Origin: Schmidtea nova
Taxonomy: Eukaryota
Direction of reading: 5' to 3'
Assembly (NCBI GenBank): GCA_044892505.1
Contig: CM097882.1
Span: forward strand, 121,272,001 to 121,336,000
Length of the DNA: 64,000 nt
Both the position numbers and the translations under genes were made by a program. Under the pieces are notes generated by a model that was not told the DNA's origin, made no database searches, and was given only the letters and a program-made list of their open reading frames with translations. This document shows positions 37,977 through 50,166 of the stretch, one piece after another; within the stretch, counting starts at the first letter, position 1, and every line of letters begins with the position of its first letter.

Positions 37977-39764
37977 NNNNNNNNNNNNNNNNNNNNNNNN
38001 NNNNNNNNNNNNNNNNNNNNNNNNNNNNNNNNNNNNNNNNNNNNNNNNNNNNNNNNNNNNNNNNNNNNNNNNNNNNNNNNNNNNNNNNNNNNNNNNNNNN
38101 NNNNNNNNNNNNNNNNNNNNNNNNNNNNNNNNNNNNNNNNNNNNNNNNNNNNNNNNNNNNNNNNNNNNNNNNNNNNNNNNNNNNNNNNNNNNNNNNNNNN
38201 NNTACCGCAACTGGCTTCTGAATCCTTGTCAAACCACCTATTCCAAAAATTGTTCATCCATAAAGGGTCGCAAATGCATTTCCTGTTTCCGGAGTCACAA
38301 TAGCCGTGTTCAAAGCAGGACCTTGAACAATCTAGAAATTGGACAAGCTTTCAATTCCCGGAATAAGTCCCAAATATAATTTTGTAATCAAATATTCTAT
38401 TAAATCAATTCAAATTTTTCCTTTGACTCTTTATATAGTTTAGTAACAAATTCTAAAGTTTTGATGGTAAATGATACATATTGTTGAGGTTCGTCTAAAG
38501 TGGTGCAACATGAGACGGGAGTGTACGGGGGATTGGGGAAAAATCAACAAAAGACTTAAAGGTGTTAAATTCACAATTTATAAATAAATACAAAAATTAA
38601 TTAAAAATTAAGAAAAATTATAAATTGACATATTGCGGGCAAAATGGTATAAACCGAATAATAAACCGATTCAAAACAAACAATCCAACAAAATTAACAA
38701 AACTATTAGGATTTCTAAGTCATTTAAAGAAATCTATCTCAGCAATTCCGTTTCTTTTTGTCCTGTCGGCTTCCTGGCCAGAATGAATCATTTTCTGAAA
38801 GTCTGTCTTCTTTCTATTCAAATCTGTCCTACCGGCTTGTCAGGAAATCATAACTGAATTAACAATTTTGCCAACATAGAGGAAGGGTGTCTGACAAAAT
38901 CAGGAAGGTGAATTCTCCTCTCACTCTGAAATTGCTCTTTAATAGCACTCGATATTCCGGATAAATTGAAATATTTTCCAATGAAATCTTATTCACATAT
39001 ATTGAATGCTGTATGGACCTGGCGTTTATATGAGGGCTTATGAAGGGCCCACCAAATTTTCTAAAAGAATTTCATCAGAGAAAATCCAGACAAATGTCAT
39101 TTGCATTCGCATTACACAGTCTGGTATGAAAACGTTATTCATTGATGGCACATAATGCCCGCCAGATGGTGAATGTCTCCCAGTCGCGGGACACGAATGA
39201 AATTATCATTATTTTTAGTCTCATTTCATATAAATGCGTCTTCTTTTATTTACTTTAATTGCACTTTTAGTTAACATTCAGTCAACAAGCCAAGCAAAAA
39301 TAATTAATTATAGCAATCATGGCTTGAGGTCTAATCACAATTTATAAACTCTCATTACTGTCCTTTCCCGCCCGCCTGTGTGGCCTACCTACCATCAATA
39401 CCGCGACATGGGATTCTAGTGAACTTCAAGGAATCATAAACTTATGTAAACTTTCTCAAATAATTTCATTTCTAGTAAAGAAAATATTGTACGATAGAAT
39501 AAAGTAGTACGAAAGAAATATTATTTAGTGAGCAATGGAGGTTGTAGGGAGACAGTTCTTTTAAAACTCATTACTAATATTGACAGTGATTTTAACAGAG
39601 ACTTGTAAAATTTTAAAACATTTCATAGAACTTTTATGAAACGTTGATCAGAGTGAAAATAGTTGTTGAAAACGGTGTTGGTTGTGGGTTCAGGTGGTTA
39701 TGGGTCTTTTTGGCTAATAACAACATTAGTAGAAAAAATAAAAAAAGTATACATCTTATTTGAG

Positions 39765-39830
<66 letters not shown>
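39765..39830. repeat. (TA)n microsatellite
   Basis: Direct reading. Confidence 0.97.
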
Positions 39831-39832
<2 letters not shown>

Positions 39833-41869
39833 GTCCTAATTATATAATGATGTAAAAGACAAAACCGGTTAGACACTGGATCAAGACAGAGAGCATTGCA
39901 GCATCACCTTAAAGCTCATGTGCCTCAGGCATATGATAAATATCTCATTTGACAACATTTATAAAATAATCATGACAGTAAATATGCTGCCATAACGTTT
40001 TTCCCGATTCCTTGGATATGAAAAACGATATGAAGTATAAAACCTTACAGGTCTTTAAGAATTATATGCCATTATAGAAATAGACTTTAGACTTAATTTA
40101 ATGCTTACGCATAGGTCCGTGTGTAACCATCAAATGTAAAAGACGGACGGCAATTTGATAAAATTACTGGAGGGTGGAACGTTGTGAACATTGTAAGGAA
40201 TTTGAATCTTTTTTCTCAAAAACAAGATCTATAATAATCTTATTGTAAATTTTATCCCCCTTCGAATAAGAAAATACTTTATGATCTTACTGATGCTACT
40301 TATTTGCAGAACTGGAAACATGAATATATTAATATCATCAAGGATAACGGGACGCAGTAACTTGATCAGCGAAGAAGCAGGAAACACAAATGTCCCGCGG
40401 GTCCCAGTCCTGTCGTGATAAATGCCATAGAAAACAATGAGAGCACTGTCAATAAAATGTCTCTCAATAATGATAAATTATTAGGAAACATTTACTGTCC
40501 TGTCAGAGGATCCCTTTTTAGTCGGATAATTTTGATTTGGAATTCAAGGTGTGGAATAGATTTGCTGACTATTAGATAAACTTGACTCTTGAAATCTTTC
40601 TGAAATTATTTTTCAATTTTTTTCTCAGGCAGCAAAATTCGAACCAAACTTTGGTGGGAAAAATTTTGTGGATTTGCTGAAAAAAGTATTTCTATCATGT
40701 TTTTTGCATTAGTATCTAAATTATTATAATTAGAGAGCTCAGGAATTACCGATCCAAACCTTCCGTAACGGTCAAGGTCATTTTATCCTCATCTTTAAGT
40801 CCTTCTAGATCTTCAACTACCAATTTAAATTTATAAATGCCTGGCGAGAGGTTATAAAGAATGAGATTAGGTTCTTTGGCGGAGTTGTCAAGAATTTCCA
40901 GCCCAGCTGGGTTGAGATCATCTAAATATCAACATAATTATTATAAAATTATTCTATTATTAATTTATCAAATAATTTTGATTTTATTATTTACAAACGC
41001 TCCACCAATCGCAAAGAATGCAGTAGAATTGACCCATGTATGTGTAGCCAGTCATTTTGCCCCTTTCCCTTTTATTATTTTTAGAATAAAACATTTTATA
41101 TGTTGTTCTCAAAATATCTCTTATTACCAAAGTTGTTTATTATAAATATTAATAATATATACTAAGAGTTATTAAAGCTGTAGTAATTATATCTTTTTAT
41201 ATATTTTTGATCAACATATATATCAAATGCAATAATGATAATAATAATAAATATAAAAAGATTGTTTCTTGGTAGCAGCAATAATTAATTATTAAACAAT
41301 AATAATTGGTTAATTCTGTGTGTCAGTGTGTGCGTGCTCGCAATTTTTATGTCTTCTGGTTGAATGTGTGTGGTTTTATTATTATATGATTTATTTTGTG
41401 TGGATGTGCAAAGTCATTTTGCATTAATTGGAATGATGAGTGAGTGCTGTTAGATTTTGTACTTGGTTTCTGTAAACTAGTTAGTTAGTATTTTAAGTAA
41501 TTTGGAAATTTTATTAATTTGTTGCATAGCTGTGGGAGGAGCGATTGATTTGGATTTGAATTTTTTGGAATTAATAAAAGTTTTGGCATATTCGTTTCGT
41601 CTTTATTAATAAAATGCTTAATTTAATTAAGATCTTAATATTGGACTATAAATCTGGAATATGTAAAGTCTAATATTTAGAAAAAAATTAATCAAAAAAA
41701 TATTTTGATTTTAAAATTCTCAATTCGACTTGTTATAGTTACTGTTGGGTTATTTGATTGTTGGTCAAATTTAAAATTTACCAATTTATTTTCTGATCTC
41801 AAGCGTGCTTTATTTGACCCTCAAAATAATAATTTTCATAAAATATAAACCTTAATTGATTATCACAGT

Positions 41870-42843
41870 CATGGGCTCCCGCAGACGGGAGCAGGGGGGG
41901 GCACTTGCTCCCTGGATTGATTGAAAATAGTCAAATAATATTACGTTTATTTTAAATCACTTTATGGTAACATTTAGAAAGTGTGGAGACAGAACTTTGG
42001 TCAGCCTGGAGGAACATCATCGCCAGGTTGGCGACGCACCGGTGTGACGTAAGCGTCAAGCGTTTGGCCCCCGCGCCTCATTGCTCGGGCCGATCATTCT
42101 TCCCCTGTCGTCTAAAGCAAGTGCCACGTCCCGTAAACTCTGCGCGTCGTAAAACTCGTAAACCTCTGCGCCCGTAAACTCTGTACTCCTCTAACCTTTA
42201 TATAAATAAACTTGTGAATCGAGCCGTGAGTATTACTAAACCTTACCATACATTAACTATATTACATGCTATCCTTAATGTTAACTGCTAAAGCGAAAAT
42301 TGGCCGACGGACGTGGGACCTTCTGATATCAAAATCCTTGTCAATTCCATCTTTCACCAATATATTGTGAAGTCAAAAGTTTTATCCGAGTGTCAGGTAT
42401 GCCTTACTAGTTTTGCTAAAATTGCCAGCAAGAACATATACGGTGGAGTGATCGTTCAGCACATTACTTCGTGTAAAAACATGGCTTAGATATACAATGT
42501 CAGATGAACGTCTGTCTGGATTGTGCATGTTATACGTACACAGAGGCAAAGTGAACTGCAACAAAAAAGACTTTATGGACAAAATTGTAGATATTTGGTA
42601 GCGATAACAGACAACTCTAGTTCTTGTTTAAAGAATAAATTTTATTTTAAATTCATGTTGTAATATTTTTTGTTATATACATATATCGTGTTAATAAAAA
42701 ATCTTTTACTACAGTATGCCTTTCATTACTACAGTGTCCTCTCCGTTCGTTCACAATACAAATACGCTACAGTAAATTAAAACTGCATTAAAACATTACT
42801 AAAAATATTTTGTACCCCTAGAAAAATTTCTGCGGTGCCCATG
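41870..42843 (+). mobile_element. Non-autonomous hAT deletion derivative (974 bp)
   Basis: Termini CATGGGCTCCCGCAG / CTGCGGTGCCCATG; 8-bp TSD ATCACAGT / ATCTCAGT (7 of 8 match). Internal relic of the hAT dimerisation domain: LKLPARTYTVE*SFSTLLRVKTWLRYTMSDERLSGLCMLYVHR. Confidence 0.85.
41965..42248. mobile_element. Possible solo LTR nested in the hAT element
   Basis: GC-rich 284 bp with TGGTAA...TTACCA ends, TATATAAATAAA near the 3' end and CGTAAAC(C)TCTG repeats. No matching TSD. Confidence 0.4.
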
Positions 42844-44067
42844 ATCTCAGTGGGCTACACAAATTACAATGACACGTCCAATTCAATACCACAACAAGTA
42901 TTCAAAACTTTTTTTCCAATTTTGGAATTCTTTTTTTCCATTTTTGCATTTATTAATTATCAATGACATTTTCTTGCTTTATTGTTGGATTTCTTTAATT
43001 TTGCTAATACTTTCTCATTTCTCAAGTTTTGCTCTTCATTCTTCTTTTCCGAGTTCCATAACATTGTCTCGTTTACCCTGTCAATTTCCCCCCAATTATT
43101 TTATTTATAGATGATATTATTTTATTTTATTATTTAACTATCCTCAACATTGCCAAATGTTATTATGGACAAAATTTGGCATCATACATACAATGAATTG
43201 AGAATTACTCATGAAATACATCACGTTCTTTGTACTAAAGCTCCTATGAATTTTAAAGTCAAATTTAGTTCACCATAAATTCGTAAAACGAATATAATAC
43301 TAAATTAGGTAGATGATGCCTTGTTTATTGTATTTATTTTTTTAAAGGTAGTGACTTTTTCATGCTATTTGAGTGACTTATTGGACTTCCTTACTGGATA
43401 TTTGAACTTCGTCAGTTAATTTCATTCTCATATTCCGGTGTAATTTAATCATCTCAATTTTCATTTTTCGATCATCCATTCTCAAGTAATTTGGGATTTG
43501 TAAGTTATTGGTTATTTGAAATTTTTGACCTGCATGACTCTTGTAGTTTTTCGTAGCTGTCGTATGTCGCCTTTGTCTATTGAATTTGTTCCATTTTTAC
43601 TAAAATATTTATGATTAAATTTTAGCCAATTTAATTTTGAAGCTAGCGTTAAGATGAAGATATATAAATATTAATAAAAAATTACCAATTTAAAATTTTT
43701 AAACCACGTTTATTTTTGAAAAAGAATTAAGTTTAATGGATTATCGCTGCTTTATATGCCCCTTACAAATTTTCTAGAACCTATTTTCCTACTTCCCTTG
43801 TCGTTAGGTGTTAGCCAATCAAATTGATTCTTCACTTCTTACCTCGGAAAAGCAGTTTTACACAAATATTGAAGATAATATCACTGATAATAATGAATAA
43901 ATGTAAAAAAAGTACTACTACTAAGTTATCAACATTGCATGAAAACTAATTATGTCTTACTACACAAAATGTTTCTTCATAGATAATCAATGGTCTTGAA
44001 GGCTCGGATTGAATCGTAGGTTTGGATATTTTTACTGATTTGTATAACACAATAGTGACGAGAATTA

Positions 44068-44958
44068 TGTGAAATATGGTTATTATGATGCTAGTTGTGA
44101 ACACACGCAATTTCTTTGCAATTGTTTAATAGCGATATAGTTTTATTATTTACAATTGATTTATTGGTGAAGATATTATTGAGAAGTGTTATCGGCTGAT
44201 ATTGGTATAGTTTATTCAGATCACTGTTATTCATCTTATCATGAAAGACGAACTTTTTATCGACTAAAGTTACTCACCATAGATTAGAATGTATTAAATG
44301 GTGATTCCTTGGCAGCAGCATTAAGTATTAAATGAATTAATAAATAACTAACAAAATAAGCTTTTGCTGCAAAAACATTTTTATTAAACGAGAAACTTCG
44401 ATTTTAAAATAATACTTGTCAATCCCTAATTCAGCATATAACTGGTATCTTCATTCATTTCTGCTGTTTCTTTCTCGTGAATTATCTTCTTTTTCATTGG
44501 ATGTTAATCTGATTAATATGAATTTTAAATATTAAATTGTTTTTTAAATGTTTTTTGTTAAAAATTTAAAAATATAAAAAAACTCTAAAATTTAAAATTC
44601 TGTCTAAAGATTTTTATCTTTATCTTTTTTAAAATTTAACCTTTTTAAAATTTAAAATTTTTTCTTTTATTGTCTGTATTTTACATTTCAATTTTCCAAC
44701 CCTTTACATTTGAATTTTTTTAAATTTAATTATATCTATTTGAAATGCCCATATATTCTCTGTACTATCTCTTTTCTTCCATTTTTTCCTTTTCACTTTC
44801 TTCTTTGTAGAACCACATGTTTGAAATATTGTTATTATGATGCTAGTTGTGAACACACGCAATTTCTTTGCAATTGTTTAATAGTGATATAGTTCTATTA
44901 TTTACAATTGATTTATTGGTGAAGATATTATTGAGAAGTGTTATCGGCTGATATTGGT
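44068..44958. repeat. ~140-bp direct repeat (44068-44206 and 44818-44958), the 3' end of the second PLE
   Basis: TTATTATGATGCTAGTTGTGAACACACGC...GGCTGATATTGGT is present twice. Confidence 0.8.
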
Positions 44959-45600
44959 TCGATTTCGCTAACTTCCTCTTTAGAGTTTATTTTTGGGTGT
45001 TTGTCTTTAATGAGAATAGCTTCTTTAAGTCTGAGATTTTTTTCGGCGGTTTTGCTTGTCAATATTCTCACTGATTAATTTTTCCTTATTTTCTGTCTGA
45101 CATTTGTGAAAATGTCTATATACAGATAACTTTCCACCAGTATCAAGATGTTCTTTAATTCTCTGATGCAAAGTCTGAAGGGTGCTTCCGATGTAAATTT
45201 CTTCGCATTTAGACAGTGTTCTTGCGAAAGCATATTTTCTTTGATGTTTGACAATTTTCTATCTTACATGTATTTTCTTTTCTGGGGTTATTAGGCAGGG
45301 CTTGCCTCAATGTCTTATATCTATGTGCCAGACGAATTAGAAGACCAGTGTGATTAAGGTCTTTGATGATCATAAAATTTATTCGGTCATTGATGAAAGG
45401 AATTCGAAGGTAGAAAAAATTTCTTTTCTTTTGTAGGTGTTTCTGCCTTCTCTGGTTGAAATTTTATTTTGTTAATCTCGTTAATATTATGGTATCCATC
45501 GCGATGCAAGACTTCAGTAAATAATGTTTGTTGTGCTAAATTGTCCTCTTCTTTTGTTCATCTCATTTTTAATGACGTTTACTTTCTGCAGATGAGGAAG
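44930..45600 (-). pseudogene. Decayed Penelope-like element of a second family (RT C-terminus and GIY-YIG)
   Basis: The minus strand reads YLRIPFINDRINFMII...CEEIYIGSTLQTLHQRIKEHL...LRLKEAILIKDKHPKIN, with frameshifts. Confidence 0.75.
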
Positions 45601-45649
45601 TCTTTATCTTTGGTGCATAGATATTTCTTTGCATGCTGATTTTCTGTAG

Positions 45650-47512
45650 AACCCGTATGTTGGAGTGTCCTCGATGCAGAAAAATCTAAATGGAAATCAA
45701 ATTGAGAAGCCAAGTAAGACAAGTGGAATGTTGGACATGCCACAAAGTTTGACACGTTAGCAGGAACTGCAATTTAAAAAGAGAAGTTCAATGTTTGTCT
45801 TGTGGCGGCGATGGCCATATCAGACGAAATTGTCTAACGATACAATGTAGAAGGGGTAACGTCGGGTATATAAAGAGAGCGAGTGTTACACTAACCTTGA
45901 AAGACGGAATCAAACGGTGAATCAAACGGGGAATAGCTATGGATATAGAGAACCGAGATAACACAGGCAATTTGATGTGCAATAAACGAGATTCCCAAGA
46001 AGAAAGAACAACGTATAATTCAATAAAAGAAAATAGCCGCCTTTGAAAACTAAGATGACAAATCACCAATGAAATACGAAAACGAGATAAATCTATATGA
46101 TGACGAAGAATACCCTAAATATTAAGCTCCACCAAGAGAAGCTTTGATAGGAGCTATATGTTTGTGAGCTATGATTGTATGAATGTAATGAATGTGAATG
46201 ATAATAAAATTATAAATATAAATAATAAAGTAAATAATATAAATATTAAAGTAAATAATATAAATAATGAATTAAATTATAAAGTTAATAAAACCCAAAC
46301 GTATAAAAATAATATTCGAAATGCAATAGAAACAGATATCAGAACACTGGAAAAGTAGATAATTTCTTGAAGAAAGAAATAGTAAGAATCAATGAAATTA
46401 CGGAAACGATATTAGAAAGAGAGGATCATAGGATAATGTATAATAGGATTCAAGGTAGACCAAGTGTGATGCTGAATATAAAATGTTGGAAAATAAATTG
46501 TTTATTAGATACAGGAGTACGAGTGAACGTAATAGCAAAGACAGTTGTGGATAAATTAGATAAAGTAGAAATAATCGAAACCGGTGAATTATTAAAATGT
46601 GCGAATGATAGCAAACTAGAAACTTTAAGTAAGTTATATACTGGAGTTAAAATTGGCGATGTAGAAAGAAATGTATCATTTATTGTTGTTAAAAATATTG
46701 TTCCAGAGATAATTGGAGGAGTTGAACTACAAAAAAGCATTTGGAATAAAACTGGTATGGAACGACGAGAACAGAAAAAGCAATAGTGAATTTATTTGTG
46801 AGATTAAAGCACAATTCGGAAGAAATATATCAGATAACAAAAGAATGAAAAACGCGATATAGAAATTAAAAGTCACAGGAAATACAAGACTCCTAGAAAT
46901 TGTGAAAAATAATAAAAATGTTTTTATGGCAGACAAATGGGATATTGGATGTACAGACCTCATTGAACACAAGAATGTGACAAAAGGAGAAGCGATGATG
47001 ATAAAACCTAGACGACAATAAATAAATCTAAAATTAAAATAGAAAATGCAATAAAAAACTTAGAGAAAAACGATGTTATTAAGAAATGTAATTCGCGTTG
47101 GAACACACCATTATTATGTGTATGGAGAAAAGAGAAAAGAGATCAGATCAGATCATGCTTAGATTTCAGACAACTTAATAAAATAACAGAAAGACAAGCT
47201 TTTCCAATGCCAAACGTTGATGAAATTCTGGATACTCTACACTGGTCGAACTATTTCAGCTCAATAAACTTGGGAAATGCTTGCTACCAAGTAAAGTTAG
47301 ATAAATAATCTCAGGAAAAGACAGCATTTTTGACAAAAGAGGGACAATTTTGCTTAAACAGAATATCTTTCTGTATTGCAGCAGCAACCAAGCCCTTTCC
47401 AAGAACTTATGACCAAAGTATTAAATGAATTATGGAAAGATGGAGTAATGGTATATCTAGATGATATATTGATATTTACAAAAACAATAAAAGAACATTA
47501 TAATATACTAAG
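45650..47512 (+). mobile_element. Decayed gypsy element, 5' part (gag knuckles, protease, RT to YLDD)
   Basis: CWTCHKV*H and CLSCGGDGHIRRNC knuckles; CLLDTG protease; DFRQLNKIT; VMVYLDDILIF. Confidence 0.88.
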
Positions 47513-48767
47513 TGGATCGGCGCATCCAGCTCCTTTTGATTTCCTCATTTTTTGGACTGAGAACGCGAGATTTAATCATAGACAAATTGAAATTCTCATC
47601 ACTATCCGGCAAAGGATATCCATCGGGATTGGTAAACATATCTAATATTTCCGTGCTATTATTAGTTGGCTCGGTTGTTTTACTGTCCAGTGGAACACCG
47701 TCAACATCTAATGGCTCACCGTCATAATCGACAAGAGGTTTAACACGCAGCACATTTTCTTCGTCAACAAATTCCACTCGGTATTTCAAATGAGTATCAA
47801 ACGGTTCTACTTTTTCACCTGGTTTGATATTAGCTCCATTTCGGTGAAAGAAACACACAATGTCTTCCATTTCAAGTTTAAGGCCGCTAACTGGAACTCG
47901 GACATAATTAACATAAGTGCCATTGACACTTTGATCAGACAACCAAAACGAAAGATCATCAGCATTGTATTTTAATGTAGCATGCAATCGACTGAATGTG
48001 CTCAGTAACATATCGGCGTCATTCTTTTTCATTTGCATAATTGTAGGCAGAAATGAGCTGTGTGTCTTGCACAATATTTGAATCAAATTCTTGTAGATAT
48101 TCCGAAATTGCGGTGGAATTGTTTTCGGGCCTTCAATCAAGAGAAAAAGAGCTAAATTCTGATTAAGAGATGAGAAAATGTTCAAAAATTCCAAAGTAAT
48201 CGGATCAGATTTCTGATTGGCTGCTGCTGTTGATGGAATTGATGCATTATTGATGTTTAATTTTTTATTGAATGTATCGGATATATCACAGGAATGCCGT
48301 GATTGTTGAGGTAGCATAGAATAAACGGATGGGAATTCAGATTTCTCCAATTGATAACTTTGAGATCGATTGAGATTGGTTTTACGTGGAAATCCGATTT
48401 CATCTTCTGCTTTCATGAATTCCAATTGGAGGAACTCCCAAATGTTTGAGGAGCATTTCAATGAGTCGTAACAGATGAGTTTATATTCAGCCGCTGTTAA
48501 TATTTCGATATTTCCATGCCGATTGGCCAGATCTTTCCAATGAAACAGGAGATGCTTTAAAATATTGATATCTGAATGTGCCATCAACAGAACGTCGGGC
48601 TCACCACCGAGAAATGCAAAGGCAAAATCATTTAGTGAATTCAAATCAGAAACCCAATCAAATTCAAGTCGCTCCCAAAAAATTATATCTTCAATAAAAT
48701 GAATCCCTGATGAAATATTTGAAACGACAGATAAACCGTTCAAAGATGGTAGAGAAGATAATTCCAT
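47508..48767 (-). CDS. 419-aa LTR-encoded ORF (unknown N-terminus plus partial FHA); stop codon supplied by the target site
   Basis: SRLHATLKY...[16 protein letters not shown]...LEMEDIVCF is the C-terminal half of an FHA domain. Confidence 0.75.
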   Translation of the reverse strand: MELSSLPSLNGLSVVSNISSGIHFIEDIIFWERLEFDWVSDLNSLNDFAFAFLGGEPDVLLMAHSDINILKHLLFHWKDLANRHGNIEILTAAEYKLICYDSLKCSSNIWEFLQLEFMKAEDEIGFPRKTNLNRSQSYQLEKSEFPSVYSMLPQQSRHSCDISDTFNKKLNINNASIPSTAAANQKSDPITLEFLNIFSSLNQNLALFLLIEGPKTIPPQFRNIYKNLIQILCKTHSSFLPTIMQMKKNDADMLLSTFSRLHATLKYNADDLSFWLSDQSVNGTYVNYVRVPVSGLKLEMEDIVCFFHRNGANIKPGEKVEPFDTHLKYRVEFVDEENVLRVKPLVDYDGEPLDVDGVPLDSKTTEPTNNSTEILDMFTNPDGYPLPDSDENFNLSMIKSRVLSPKNEEIKRSWMRRST

Positions 48768-50078
48768 GTTTTCAGAAAAATTAACTCAAATACAATTTAC
48801 ACAAAAAAACCGAAATTCAAAATAAACAACACTTTTAAAGATTTTTATTCAAGATTTCAAAAAACCCCCAACACATTATAAAAACCGTGACGCAGTCAAA
48901 CAAAACAACCACAAGTCTTTTAATTCCACCATTTCCAAAAAAAAACTTCTTTAATCCAACTTCAACAACTCGCGTCTGTGTGCGCACCCCCAGTTGATTC
49001 TGATGATCTCTCTAACAAACAACTCAAATTTGGTGCATTTTGCTTCGTTATATTAATTGTAGTCAGTTTACATTGTTCAATATCATTATAAAAATTCAAA
49101 ATATCATCACTTTGACTCTTAATAAAAGATTTATCAACTTCATTTATGTTTTTACCGTAAGTATTTTTAATTGCATTTTGAAATTGTTTTGCTTTATCGC
49201 AACCGAGTTCCCCGCTTATAATTGCCCATTTATCAGTAATATTATTATCTTCGTTGAAATAGATAGACAGAAAACGTGCAAAAGAAATGTCAAATGTTTC
49301 ATTCATTTGTGCAATTTCCGGTAGAAATTGTACAATAGTGGATTTGAGTTTTTGTAATTTAATATTCAGGTTTTTCTCGAGAATTATTAATAAATTATAG
49401 TTATTACTCACATTTATTCCACTCAAAGGGATATTGAGGGAGTTTTCAATGATTTTATGAGAAAATGATTTGAGAAATATTTTTTCTTGGTCAGTGTTGG
49501 TAAATTTTTTTTAACTTTTTACTAATGTGAAATCGAATCCATCGAATTATTTCCATTACTCGTACATCAGTTATTATATTTAAATCAAATTTCTCTTTGA
49601 ATTCTGTGCTAAGATTAGAAAACTGAATTCCAATATTTTCATCGGCATCAAATTGACATTTGGAAATGAATTTCATTAAACTACCTGGTATTTTATTGTC
49701 GTTAATATTAGAAGAACATTGTTGAGCTTCATTGACATCATCAAAGGGCATAAATTTTTTCAATTTTACAAAGCCAGAAAACTTTTTTATGTCACTTAAT
49801 GAAGAACGAACAGATTTTAAAAGATGACCAATTTCTTCAAATTCTGAAACATTGAATAGGCAATATCCGGAAAATGGATGTAGATAATATTCATTTATCT
49901 TTTTGAAATTGCAAAGTAATAGTGGTAATCACGCATATAAGATTTATATAGATTTCGATAAGACCGTCTAACGGCTTCCAGGCTCGCCCCACAATCTCTC
50001 ATAGCGATCAAGCACCCAATTAATTATTTTAATTATTATTTATTTAATTTTAAAAATATTTTAGAGCGGGCGCGACCA
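47513..50078 (-). repeat. 3' LTR (2566 bp)
   Basis: Same length as 53631-56196 and identical translations of all ORFs; preceded on the minus strand by the PPT. Confidence 0.95.
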
Positions 50079-50091
50079 TTCTCCCCCCTTT
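50079..50091 (-). promoter_or_regulatory. Polypurine tract AAAGGGGGGAGAA abutting the 3' LTR
   Basis: Purine run directly 5' of the TG that starts the 3' LTR on the minus strand. Confidence 0.9.
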
Positions 50092-50166
50092 GACATTCTG
50101 TCAACATCAACACTTCATCCACTTCTCTCTTTCTCCATGACCAGTAAACTCTCCACGAGTCCTCCT

